From the NCBI GenBank assembly GCA_905478555.1, contig CAJQIZ010000024.1, forward strand, positions 8,300 to 72,299: DNA of 64,000 nucleotides, read 5' to 3'. Source of the DNA: an uncultured Flavobacteriales bacterium. GTDB taxonomy: Bacteria; Bacteroidota; Bacteroidia; Flavobacteriales; BACL11. The notes below the pieces were generated by a model. The model saw nothing but the letters and a program-made list of their open reading frames with translations. It searched no databases and was not told the origin of the DNA. Below are positions 51,208-60,494 of the stretch, piece after piece. Positions within the stretch are counted from its first letter, which is position 1, and each line of letters starts with the position of its first letter. The position numbers were made by a program, and so were the translations under genes.

Positions 51208-52122
51208 TTATTCAATAATTATTCTCTTTTCTACCGTTCCATCATCATAAAGATAAAATAGTGGAGAATTTGGTTTTTCATTAACTGTCCTGCCTAATAA
51301 ATCAATAATCTTATAAGGTCTTTCATTGTATAATTGATTATCTAATCCAGAAAATATTTTTTCTATACTAAACTTATTAAACCCATATACACCGTAAGAT
51401 ATTCCATTTCCCATACCTCTCCAAGAATACCAATGTATATTATTATCCCAAGTATCATAACAACCAAACTCTTGAGTAGAATTATCATATCCTATACCTA
51501 CTACAAAGTGATCTGTCAAATCATCCCCATCAGTATCGACTAATATAATTACTGGTTTATTATTATCAATTTCCATCTTATATTCATCCCAGCTAATACT
51601 AGAATAATACTCATATTCTGTATTTGTAATATAATTTGGATTTCTAAAATATATATAATCCTCAAAGGCAGTTCCAATGTCACTAGACCAACTCCATCCC
51701 CAATAATTACCACAGACACTCATTGATGTTTTCATAAAATCTGCAATTGAATTATTCTGATGAGGAATACCTGTTTCAGAAATGTCTTGTAATAAATTTG
51801 GGTAATAATCCTGTGGTAATGAATAATCATCATAATGTTCATTACTAGCAATTAACATATTGATATTATTTGTTTGAAGCAACGTGCTATCATCATACAG
51901 ATCATAAAACCCATGCAAATCGTAGAAACCAACAATCATGCCTAATGCTGTAGGGCCACAGCCTCTATGCCATATATATGTAGGCATCTCATCTATTAAA
52001 ACAACGTTACTTTTATTTAGATTCCCAATAGGCACATTTAATGGTCTCATATTATAGCCTCTACTTTGTTGTGCAAAAACTAGAGTAGGTATAAAAAATG
52101 ATATTAGCAATAGTTTTTTCAT
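51208..52122 (-). CDS. secreted C39-like/papain-fold peptidase with YDDGTV C-terminal tail (cassette B)
   Basis: Signal peptide; GCGPTA (Cys), DHFVV (His), YDTW (Asp); tail KIIDLLGR...YLYDDGTVEKRIIIE. Confidence 0.72.
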   Translation of the reverse strand: MKKLLLISFFIPTLVFAQQSRGYNMRPLNVPIGNLNKSNVVLIDEMPTYIWHRGCGPTALGMIVGFYDLHGFYDLYDDSTLLQTNNINMLIASNEHYDDYSLPQDYYPNLLQDISETGIPHQNNSIADFMKTSMSVCGNYWGWSWSSDIGTAFEDYIYFRNPNYITNTEYEYYSSISWDEYKMEIDNNKPVIILVDTDGDDLTDHFVVGIGYDNSTQEFGCYDTWDNNIHWYSWRGMGNGISYGVYGFNKFSIEKIFSGLDNQLYNERPYKIIDLLGRTVNEKPNSPLFYLYDDGTVEKRIIIE

Positions 52123-52167
52123 AAAGCAAACTTACAAAAAATAATGAAAAATATTGAAGTGAAAAAA
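52123..52167 (-). promoter_or_regulatory. 45-nt cassette leader with TAAGTTTG -7 promoter box
   Basis: 39/45 identical to 53609-53653; Bacteroidota TAnnTTTG consensus 4 nt before the ATG. Confidence 0.8.
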
Positions 52168-52265
52168 GTCGGGGTAGCAGGATTACAACCTAACACCTAT
52201 TTACATGATTACAGCAAGTTTTCAAACTAAAAATTGCTCCGCTTTTTGCACCGCTAATCAATCTA
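52167..52265 (-). repeat. 99-bp arm + att core copy 3 (junction of cassettes A and B)
   Basis: Reverse complement 96/99 identical to 28658-28756. Confidence 0.92.
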
Positions 52266-52324
52266 CTAAAACAAACTTAAAAAAATAATTGGAATATCTG
52301 ATTAGAAAATGCTTTTTAAAATAA

Positions 52325-53608
52325 TTATTCTACAACTATTCTTTTTTCTACTGTTCCATCATCATAGATTTCAATAAATGGAGTGTGAGTTTGAGGTTTA
52401 GTTTCTTTTCCTAGTATATCAACTGTCTTTTGTAGGTTTCTGTTTGGATTTATAGGAATATTGAATGTTGAGGTTATGTTTCCATTTCCATCTGTTTTTA
52501 TTAGATAGATATCACTAAATCCCCATCCTCCAGTAGTTCCTGTAATGATATAGCCTCCATCAGTGGTTTGTTGAACAGAATGACCTACGTCATCATCTGT
52601 TCCTCCAAATGTTTTACTCCATTGTTCTGTTCCATTACCATCTGTTTTTATTAGATAGACATCAAGACCTCCACTTCCTAAAGATTCTGTACTTCCTGTA
52701 ATGATACAACCTCCATCAGTGGTTTGTTGAACAGAACTACCTATATCATCTCCTACTCCTCCAAATATTTGACTCCATTGTTCTATACCATTTCCATCTG
52801 TTTTTATTAGATAGAGATCATGGTTAAATGCTAAATTATAATCTGATCCTGTAATGATATATCCTCCATCAGCGGTTTGTTGAACAGAATAACTGAAAGA
52901 GGAATGAGTACTACTAAAGTTTTCAGTCCATTGCTCTATTCCATTACCATCTGTTTTTATTAGACAGGTATAAAAGGAAGATCCAGACTTTGTACGTCCT
53001 GTAATAATATATCCTCCATCATTAGTTTGTTGAACGGAAGAACCCCAATCATCTCCTGTACCTCCAAATGTTTTACTCCATTGTTCTGTTCCATTACCAT
53101 CTGTTTTTATTAGATAGACATCAAGACCTCCACTTCCTAAAGACTCTGTACTTCCTGTAATAATATATCCTCCATCAGAGGTTTGTTGAACTGATGTACC
53201 ATAATCATAACTTGTTCCTCCAAAAGTTTGACTCCATAACTCTACTCCATTAACATCTGTTTTGATGAGATAGACATCATCCCCATTCGCAAATGAAGTT
53301 GTATATCCCGTTATGATATAACCTCCATCAGTGGTTTGTTGAACTGATTTACCTTCATCAGCATCTGTTCCTCCAAAAGTTTGACTCCACTGATCTACTC
53401 CATAAGCATCTGTTTTTAGGAGATAAACATCACTAGATCCATTTCCATTTCCATAAGAATGGGTTAATCCTGTAATGATATAACCTCCATCTGTGGTTTG
53501 TTGGACAGATTGACCAACATCTGCTGATGCTCCTCCAAAAGTTGTTTCCCATCCTTGCCCAAATCCAATCAAAGGCACACATAGTAAAATCAATAGTAAT
53601 TTTTTCAT
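52325..53608 (-). CDS. secreted beta-propeller-like repeat protein with YDDGTV C-terminal tail (cassette A)
   Basis: Seven ~51-aa repeats WSxTFGG..D.G.SVQQTTDGGYIITG..DVYLIKTDGNG; tail KTVDILGK...IYDDGTVEKRIVVE. Confidence 0.85.
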   Translation of the reverse strand: MKKLLLILLCVPLIGFGQGWETTFGGASADVGQSVQQTTDGGYIITGLTHSYGNGNGSSDVYLLKTDAYGVDQWSQTFGGTDADEGKSVQQTTDGGYIITGYTTSFANGDDVYLIKTDVNGVELWSQTFGGTSYDYGTSVQQTSDGGYIITGSTESLGSGGLDVYLIKTDGNGTEQWSKTFGGTGDDWGSSVQQTNDGGYIITGRTKSGSSFYTCLIKTDGNGIEQWTENFSSTHSSFSYSVQQTADGGYIITGSDYNLAFNHDLYLIKTDGNGIEQWSQIFGGVGDDIGSSVQQTTDGGCIITGSTESLGSGGLDVYLIKTDGNGTEQWSKTFGGTDDDVGHSVQQTTDGGYIITGTTGGWGFSDIYLIKTDGNGNITSTFNIPINPNRNLQKTVDILGKETKPQTHTPFIEIYDDGTVEKRIVVE

Positions 53609-53653
53609 AAAGCAAACTTACAGAAAATTATGGGAAATGTTGAAGAGAAAAAA
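53609..53653 (-). promoter_or_regulatory. 45-nt cassette leader with TAAGTTTG -7 promoter box
   Basis: Same length as, and 39/45 identical to, 52123-52167. Confidence 0.8.
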
Positions 53654-53677
53654 GTCGGGGTAGCAGGATTATAACCT
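53654..53677 (-). repeat. att core copy 4 AGGTTATAATCCTGCTACCCCGAC
   Basis: Begins 1 nt after the sdhB stop codon; the 17-bp core is exact. Confidence 0.88.
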
Positions 53678-53678
53678 T

Positions 53679-54431
53679 TTAATTCTCAGAAGTAATAGAA
53701 GCAGATAAATATTCTCTATTCATTTTTGCAATGTATTCAATAGAAATACTTTTCGGACATTCTACCTCACACGCTCCAGTATTGGTGCAATTCCCAAAAC
53801 CTTCTTTATCCATTTGCTCTACCATATTCAACACTCTTTGTTTTCGCTCTAACTGGCCCTGTGGTAAATAAGCAAATTGAGAAACCTTAGCCGCCACAAA
53901 CAACATAGCAGAAGAGTTTTTACAAGTAGCAACACAAGCACCACAACCAATACAAGCCGCAACATCAAAAGCCTTATCCGCATTCATTTTAGGAATTGGT
54001 AATGCATTTGCATCTTGTGTATTACCAGAAGTATTTACAGATACAAAACCTCCAGATTGTTGTATTCTTTCAAATGAACTTCTATCTACAATTAAATCTT
54101 TTACTACTGGCATGGATGCCGAACGCCAAGGTTCAACATAGATCGTTTCTCCATCTTCAAACATTCGCATGTGCAGCTGACAAGTAGTTACTTTTCTGTC
54201 AGGACCGTGCGCCTCCCCATTAATATAAAGCGAACAAGATCCACAAATTCCTTCTCTGCAATCATGATCAAAAGCAACAGGTTCTGTGCCTTCCATAATT
54301 AAATGTTCATTCATTACATCCAGCATTTCTAAGAATGAAGAGTTTTCTGAAATTCCAGTAACTTTATAAGTTTCTAAACCTCCCTTATCTTCTCTATTTT
54401 TCTGTCTCCAGACTTTTAGTGTTAAATCCAT
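53679..54431 (-). CDS. sdhB: succinate dehydrogenase iron-sulfur subunit
   Basis: [28 protein letters not shown]. Confidence 0.96.
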   Translation of the reverse strand: MDLTLKVWRQKNREDKGGLETYKVTGISENSSFLEMLDVMNEHLIMEGTEPVAFDHDCREGICGSCSLYINGEAHGPDRKVTTCQLHMRMFEDGETIYVEPWRSASMPVVKDLIVDRSSFERIQQSGGFVSVNTSGNTQDANALPIPKMNADKAFDVAACIGCGACVATCKNSSAMLFVAAKVSQFAYLPQGQLERKQRVLNMVEQMDKEGFGNCTNTGACEVECPKSISIEYIAKMNREYLSASITSEN

Positions 54432-54437
54432 AATTTT

Positions 54438-56453
54438 TTATTTATATGATCTTTGCTTCAATTCAATATCGTTAAATTCTAACTCTTCTTTGTGCATTAC
54501 TGCATCAGATGGTTCACCTGTGTATTCCCAAGCAGCAACATAAGCATAATCAGTATCATTTCTTTTTGCCTCCCCTTTTTGCAATCCATCCTCCTCAACC
54601 GACTCTTCTCTGAAATGGCCTCCACAACTTTCATTTCTATATAGAGCATCTTTAGCAAAAAGTTCTCCCAATTCTAAAAAGTCAGCAACTCTTCCTGCTT
54701 TTACCAACTCAGAATTTAAAGAGTTTTTATCACCAGGAATTCTTACATCATTCCAAAAATTAGTACGGATTTGTTTTATTTCTGACATTGCTTTTTTAAG
54801 TCCTTCTTCATTTCTGGACATACCAACATATTCCCACATTGCTTTTCCTAATAACTTATGGAAATAGTCAACAGATTTTGTTCCTTTAATATTCATCAAC
54901 TTCTCAATTCTTTCCGAAACGTCTTTTTCTGCTTCCTCAAATTCTGGAGTTTCTGTAGAAATTTTCCCAGTTCTAATTTCATTAGAAAGGTAATCACCAA
55001 TTGTATAAGGCAATACAAAATAACCATCAGCCAAACCTTGCATTAGTGCAGATGCACCTAAACGATTCGCTCCATGATCAGAGAAATTCGCCTCTCCGAT
55101 ACAGTAACATCCTTCAATAGAAGTCATTAAGTTGTAATCCACCCAAACGCCTCCCATGGTATAATGTACTGCTGGGTAAATCATCATTGGAGTTTTATAC
55201 GGATTTTCTGCAACAATCTTTTCATACATTTGAAAAAGGTTACCATATTTTGCTTCAATAACCGCTTCTCCTAAATTTAAAATATCCTCTTCATTAGGAT
55301 TTTCCATTCTAGCAATTGCCGCTTCTTGCTTTCCATATCTTTTTATAGCAGTAGAGAAGTCTAGATAAACCGCTTCACCTGTCTCGTTTACTCCAAAACC
55401 AGAATCACATCTCTCTTTTGCTGCCCTAGACGCTACATCTCTTGGTACTAAATTACCAAAAGCAGGGTACTTTCTCTCTAAATAATAATCTCTTTGTTCT
55501 TCTTGCAAATCAGTGGGTTTTAACCTACCTTCTCTGATAGCTAATACATCCTCTAAATTTTTAGGTACCCAAATTCTACCATCATTTCGTAATGATTCTG
55601 ACATCAAAGTCAATTTAGATTGATGATCTCCACTTCTAGGGATACAAGTAGGGTGAATTTGAGTATAACATGGATTTGCAAAATAGGCTCCTTTTTTATG
55701 AATTTTCCAAGCAGCTGTTGCGTTTGATCCCATTGCATTGGTGGATAAGAAAAATACATTTCCGTACCCTCCACTTGCAATAACTACCGCATGTGCCGAA
55801 TGTCTTTCTAATTCTCCTGTTTCTAAATTTCTTGCAATAATTCCTCTTGCTTTGCCATCTACTTTTACTAATTCAACCATTTCATGACGGTTATACATAG
55901 TGACTTTTCCTTTAGCAATTTGTCTATTTAATGCAGAATAAGCTCCCAATAATAATTGTTGTCCTGTTTGTCCTTTTGCATAAAAAGTTCTGGAAACCAA
56001 TACTCCACCAAAAGAACGATTATCTAAAAGTCCACCATAATCTCTACCAAAAGGCACCCCTTGAGCAACACATTGATCAATAATATTTCCTGATACTTCT
56101 GCTAGTCTGTGTACATTGGCTTCTCTCGATCTGTAATCTCCTCCTTTTACCGTGTCATAAAATAACCGGTAAACAGAATCTCCATCATTTTGATAATTTT
56201 TTGCTGCATTTATTCCTCCTTGTGCTGCAATAGAATGTGCTCTTCTTGGAGAATCTTGATAGCAAAATGTTTTTACATTGTAGCCCATTTCTGCTAGAGA
56301 TGCAGCAGCCGAACCTCCTGCCAAACCAGTACCAACTACAATAATATCAATGTTCCTTTTATTGGCCGGATTAACAAGATCAATCTTGTTTTTATGATTA
56401 GTCCACTTATCTTTTAATGAACCTTCAGGTATTTTAGAATCTAAAACTGACAT
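54438..56453 (-). CDS. sdhA: succinate dehydrogenase flavoprotein
   Basis: [28 protein letters not shown]. Confidence 0.96.
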   Translation of the reverse strand: MSVLDSKIPEGSLKDKWTNHKNKIDLVNPANKRNIDIIVVGTGLAGGSAAASLAEMGYNVKTFCYQDSPRRAHSIAAQGGINAAKNYQNDGDSVYRLFYDTVKGGDYRSREANVHRLAEVSGNIIDQCVAQGVPFGRDYGGLLDNRSFGGVLVSRTFYAKGQTGQQLLLGAYSALNRQIAKGKVTMYNRHEMVELVKVDGKARGIIARNLETGELERHSAHAVVIASGGYGNVFFLSTNAMGSNATAAWKIHKKGAYFANPCYTQIHPTCIPRSGDHQSKLTLMSESLRNDGRIWVPKNLEDVLAIREGRLKPTDLQEEQRDYYLERKYPAFGNLVPRDVASRAAKERCDSGFGVNETGEAVYLDFSTAIKRYGKQEAAIARMENPNEEDILNLGEAVIEAKYGNLFQMYEKIVAENPYKTPMMIYPAVHYTMGGVWVDYNLMTSIEGCYCIGEANFSDHGANRLGASALMQGLADGYFVLPYTIGDYLSNEIRTGKISTETPEFEEAEKDVSERIEKLMNIKGTKSVDYFHKLLGKAMWEYVGMSRNEEGLKKAMSEIKQIRTNFWNDVRIPGDKNSLNSELVKAGRVADFLELGELFAKDALYRNESCGGHFREESVEEDGLQKGEAKRNDTDYAYVAAWEYTGEPSDAVMHKEELEFNDIELKQRSYK

Positions 56454-56469
56454 AGTTTAATTTTTAATT

Positions 56470-57138
56470 TTATAACTGAGTAAAATAATGAAATAAAGCA
56501 ATAATAACAAATCCAACAGGGATTAGGATTGCATATAAAGTTCCTAATTTTTTAATTAATGGTGTGTATTTATTATGGTTAAATCCTGCAGATTGAAATG
56601 CAGATTGGAAACCATGAGATAAATGTAATCCTAAAAACACAAAGGAAATACAGTAAATAATTACTCTTGTTAAATCCTGAAATTTATGTTGCAAATGAGG
56701 GAAATATTTTGTTGGATCATCCCACTTTCCATCAATAAATTTATCTTTTATCTCTGGTAACCAGAAGTCGTAAAAATGTAATCCTAAAAATAACATAATC
56801 ATGATCCCTGTAATTAGCATGTTTCTACTCATCCAGTTTGAATTTTCAGATGGTTTATCCAATGCGTATTTAATAGGACGAGCAGCTCTGTTTTTACTTT
56901 CCAAATACATACCCATACCTAGATGGAACAGAACTCCAAATAACAAAACTGGTTGTAAAACAAATTGAACCAGACTATTGGTTCCCATAAAGTGAGATAC
57001 CTCATTAAATGTATCTTCACTTACTACAGAAAATAAATTAATAACAAAATGTTGCGCTAAGAAGAACAACAAGAAAAACCCTGAAAGAGCCATTAATACT
57101 TTTCTTCCTACTGAAGATGATGATAATTTTGTACTCAT
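56470..57138 (-). CDS. sdhC: succinate dehydrogenase cytochrome b subunit
   Basis: SSVGRKVLMALSG, conserved His ligands, upstream of sdhA; start at 57138. Confidence 0.93.
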   Translation of the reverse strand: MSTKLSSSSVGRKVLMALSGFFLLFFLAQHFVINLFSVVSEDTFNEVSHFMGTNSLVQFVLQPVLLFGVLFHLGMGMYLESKNRAARPIKYALDKPSENSNWMSRNMLITGIMIMLFLGLHFYDFWLPEIKDKFIDGKWDDPTKYFPHLQHKFQDLTRVIIYCISFVFLGLHLSHGFQSAFQSAGFNHNKYTPLIKKLGTLYAILIPVGFVIIALFHYFTQL

Positions 57139-57270
57139 TTTATTGTTTATAATAATTAGGTGCAAATGTAGTGTTCGTATTGCAATAAAACAATAGCAAT
57201 TCTAATTCATAATGAATACAAATAAGTGAAGTTTTTTATTACTTTTGATTTTAGAAAAACTTAACAAAAA

Positions 57271-58551
57271 ATGAAATATTTACAGATAAAAAATCCGTTA
57301 TTTATTAAAAACAGACAGATGTTTACTTCTAAGATAAGTTCAAATACTTTAGCAATTTTTAATTCTAATGATGTAATGCCAACTAATGCGGATGGGACTA
57401 TGCCATTCAGACAAAATAATGACATTTTTTGGCTAAGTGGTGTAGATCAAGAAGAAAGTGTTTTATTAATATACCCTGATAATGAAGAAGAAAAAGAAAT
57501 CTTATTCCTTAAAGAAACTAATGAGCATATCGCTATTTGGGAAGGAGCAAAACTGGATAAAAGAGAAGCACTTAAAGTTTCCGGAATTCGTACTGTTTAT
57601 TGGTTAAGTGAGATGGAGGATAAATTAGAGGAACTGATAAGTAAATCTGATGGAGTATATTTAAATTCAAATATTCATAGCAGATCTGCATCTGAAGTAG
57701 AGACAAGAGATGATAGATTTAGAAAAATGATATCAGAAAAATATAATAAAGAAATATTAGAAGTATCTCCTATAATGCACGAGTTAAGATCTATAAAATC
57801 AGAATTAGAAATCTTGTTAATGCAAAACGCCTGTAATATAACAGAAAAGGGGGTAAGAAGAATTTTACCATTCATAAAACCAGGGGTTATGGAATATGAA
57901 ATTGAAGCAGAATTAATGCACGAATTTCTTAGAAACAGATCTTCAGGATTTGCTTACCAACCTATAATTGGTGCTGGTAGAAATTCCTGTGTACTGCATT
58001 ATATTGAAAATAATCAAGAATGTAAAGATGGAGATATTTTACTAATGGATTTTGGTGCAGAATACGCTAATTACTCTTCAGATTTAACCAGAACCGTACC
58101 TGTAAATGGGAGATTTTCGGATAGACAAAAAGCAGTCTATAATTCTGTTTTACATGTAATGAAAGAGGCAACTAATATGTTGAGACCTGGGACAATGTTT
58201 AAAGAGTATAATGCAGAAATTGGAAGAATGATGGAATTGGAACTAATAAAATTAAAACTTTTAGATCATCATGATGTACTAAAACAGAACAATGATAAAC
58301 CATTATACAAACAGTACTTTATGCATGGAACATCCCATTATTTAGGATTAGATGTACATGATGTTGGTAACTTTGATTGGGCTATGAAAGAAGGAATGGT
58401 GTTTACCTGCGAACCTGGAATATATATATTAGAAGAAGAGTTAGGAATTCGTTTAGAGAATGATATTTTAGTAACCAATAATGGTCCAGATGACTTAATG
58501 AAAAATATACCGATTGAAGTAGATGAAATAGAAGAATTAATGAATTCATAA
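57271..58551 (+). CDS. pepP: Xaa-Pro aminopeptidase (M24B)
   Basis: DFGAEY..SDLTRT, HYLGLDVHD, EPGIY, RLEND. Confidence 0.9.
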   Translation: MKYLQIKNPLFIKNRQMFTSKISSNTLAIFNSNDVMPTNADGTMPFRQNNDIFWLSGVDQEESVLLIYPDNEEEKEILFLKETNEHIAIWEGAKLDKREALKVSGIRTVYWLSEMEDKLEELISKSDGVYLNSNIHSRSASEVETRDDRFRKMISEKYNKEILEVSPIMHELRSIKSELEILLMQNACNITEKGVRRILPFIKPGVMEYEIEAELMHEFLRNRSSGFAYQPIIGAGRNSCVLHYIENNQECKDGDILLMDFGAEYANYSSDLTRTVPVNGRFSDRQKAVYNSVLHVMKEATNMLRPGTMFKEYNAEIGRMMELELIKLKLLDHHDVLKQNNDKPLYKQYFMHGTSHYLGLDVHDVGNFDWAMKEGMVFTCEPGIYILEEELGIRLENDILVTNNGPDDLMKNIPIEVDEIEELMNS

Positions 58552-58593
58552 TTAATAAAATTTATAGCATTATTATTTTTTCAAACAATATGA

Positions 58594-58791
58594 ATGTACT
58601 ATTATAGAATAATCGAATCTTTAACTAAAGAAGAATCCCGTTACTATAAATTATTTGTCGCTAGAACATATAATAATAGTGAAAGGAAAGATACTCAACT
58701 TTTTGATTTTATTAAAAAAATGGAGAAGATTATGATGAGGAAGAAATATCGTCTGGTTAAAATCTACAGTATCATGATAAGTTACTCCTAA
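58594..58791 (+). pseudogene. N-terminal remnant of a Bacteroidota hypothetical protein
   Basis: IIESLTKEESRYYKLF start typical of much longer proteins; apparent frameshift at the A run near 58714-58721. Confidence 0.45.
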
Positions 58792-59012
58792 CTCCCCAAA
58801 AGAAAGGTGAATATTAGATACTTGAGATTTTGAATTAGTAGCAAAATCAAGTATTACACTAAATATAAAGAGTGTTTTTTTATTATTATAACAGTTTTTA
58901 TATCAATTCTTAAGCAAAGATGAGAAACATGAGAGGTATAAAAAAATATTTAAAATAGTTTCTTATTCATTCAAATGTAATGTTACAGATAATAATCACT
59001 TAATAATCTTAC

Positions 59013-60074
59013 TTAGTCAGTGTTTTTCATTGCATCCCAACCCTGAGCAGTTATTGGATGAGATGTATTATCATTTGTAATAAAATTATTACCAACTGAC
59101 TTATCAGTAACATATCCAATTATTGTAAAGTCAACATCTTTTTTCAACTTTTCATAATGATCTTGAGAGATAGTAAACAACAATTCATAATCTTCACCTC
59201 CATTTAAAGCGCAAAATATTGGATTTAGATTTAACTCTTTCGCTAAGTTCATAGTAGTGTGATCAATTGGTAATTTATCTTCATAAATTGTAATTCCAAC
59301 ATCCGATTGTTTTGCTATATGGAGAATTTCAGAGGTTAATCCATCTGAAATATCTATCATTGAGTTAGGAATTATCTCCAAATCACTTAATACTTCAATT
59401 AATTTGACTCTAGCTTCTACCTTTAATTGTCTTTGTAAACAGTAATCATTCCCTTGCAAATCTGGCTGAATAGTAGGATTGTCTAAAAAGATTTGTTTTT
59501 CTCTAGTCAAAATTTGTAATCCTAAATAAGCGGCTCCTAAATCTCCAGTACAAACTACTAAATCGTTAACCTCCGCTCCACTTCTATAACTAATTTTACT
59601 TTTTTCTACCTCCCCAACAACAGAAATTGAAATAATTAATCCACTAGTTGATGAGGTGGTATCACCTCCAACTAAATCAACATTATACTTTTCGCAAGCG
59701 GCATAAATTCCCGCATATAACTCTTCAATTGCTTCAATGGGAAAACGATTAGAAACCGCTATGCTAACCGTAATTTGTGTAGCTACACCATTCATTGCAC
59801 ATATATCAGAAACATTAACGGCAACTGCTTTATATCCTAAATGTTTTAAAGGTGAATAGGAAAGATCAAAATGAACTCCTTCTATTAACATATCCGTACT
59901 AAATAACTGATATTTTTCTTTGGAAAACTCTAATACAGCAGCATCGTCACCTACTCCTTTTTTACTACTTTTGTTTTTACACTCAAACGACTTTGTAATG
60001 TGTTCAATTAAACCAAACTCACCTAATTCTGATACAGATGTATTCTGCAACTTATTCTCTTCAAATATACTCAT
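59013..60074 (-). CDS. thiL: thiamine-monophosphate kinase
   Basis: GEFGLI, GDDAA, GGDT, DISDGL, GGEDYEL. Confidence 0.96.
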   Translation of the reverse strand: MSIFEENKLQNTSVSELGEFGLIEHITKSFECKNKSSKKGVGDDAAVLEFSKEKYQLFSTDMLIEGVHFDLSYSPLKHLGYKAVAVNVSDICAMNGVATQITVSIAVSNRFPIEAIEELYAGIYAACEKYNVDLVGGDTTSSTSGLIISISVVGEVEKSKISYRSGAEVNDLVVCTGDLGAAYLGLQILTREKQIFLDNPTIQPDLQGNDYCLQRQLKVEARVKLIEVLSDLEIIPNSMIDISDGLTSEILHIAKQSDVGITIYEDKLPIDHTTMNLAKELNLNPIFCALNGGEDYELLFTISQDHYEKLKKDVDFTIIGYVTDKSVGNNFITNDNTSHPITAQGWDAMKNTD

Positions 60075-60161
60075 AACTGCAAAGATATATATTCTTACGG
60101 CAATTTACTTAAATAGTATAGAATTAGTATATTTGCAGAAATTAGAACAAATCTAAATAAG

Positions 60162-60485
60162 ATGATAAAAATAAGTAATTCCGCAAAAGATAGATTATTA
60201 CATTTACTACATAAAGATGATAAAGAAAATTCATTTGTAAGAGTAGGTGTAGAAAGTGGAGGATGTTCAGGTTTAAGTTATAAATTAGACTTTGATAGCC
60301 TAAAAAATGAAGATGATGAACTAATTGAAGATAATAATATTAAACTTTTGATAAATAAAAAGAGTTTTTTGTATTTAGTTGGTACAACTTTAGAGTTTTC
60401 TGATGGACTAAACGGAAAAGGATTTGTTTTTAATAACCCAAACGCCAGTAGAACTTGTGGATGTGGTGAAAGTTTCTCCTTATAA
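60162..60485 (+). CDS. HesB/IscA/SufA Fe-S carrier
   Basis: GGCSG and TCGCGESF. Confidence 0.93.
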   Translation: MIKISNSAKDRLLHLLHKDDKENSFVRVGVESGGCSGLSYKLDFDSLKNEDDELIEDNNIKLLINKKSFLYLVGTTLEFSDGLNGKGFVFNNPNASRTCGCGESFSL

Positions 60486-60494
60486 AATTAAAAG

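Larger units (their letters stand above)
52168..53670 (-). mobile_element. putative non-autonomous gene cassette A bounded by direct 17-bp cores
   Basis: Cores at 53654-53670 and 52168-52184, island-type arm at the distal end, single cargo gene. Confidence 0.6.

Noticed and set aside
52400-53560. CRISPR-like periodic repeats
   Set aside because: The ~153-bp periodicity is in-frame protein repeat coding; no unique spacers and no cas genes
51060-53680. Classical integron with attC sites
   Set aside because: No RYYYAAC...GTTRRRY palindromic attC pattern recognised, and the integrase is an arm-domain Bacteroidota type, not IntI
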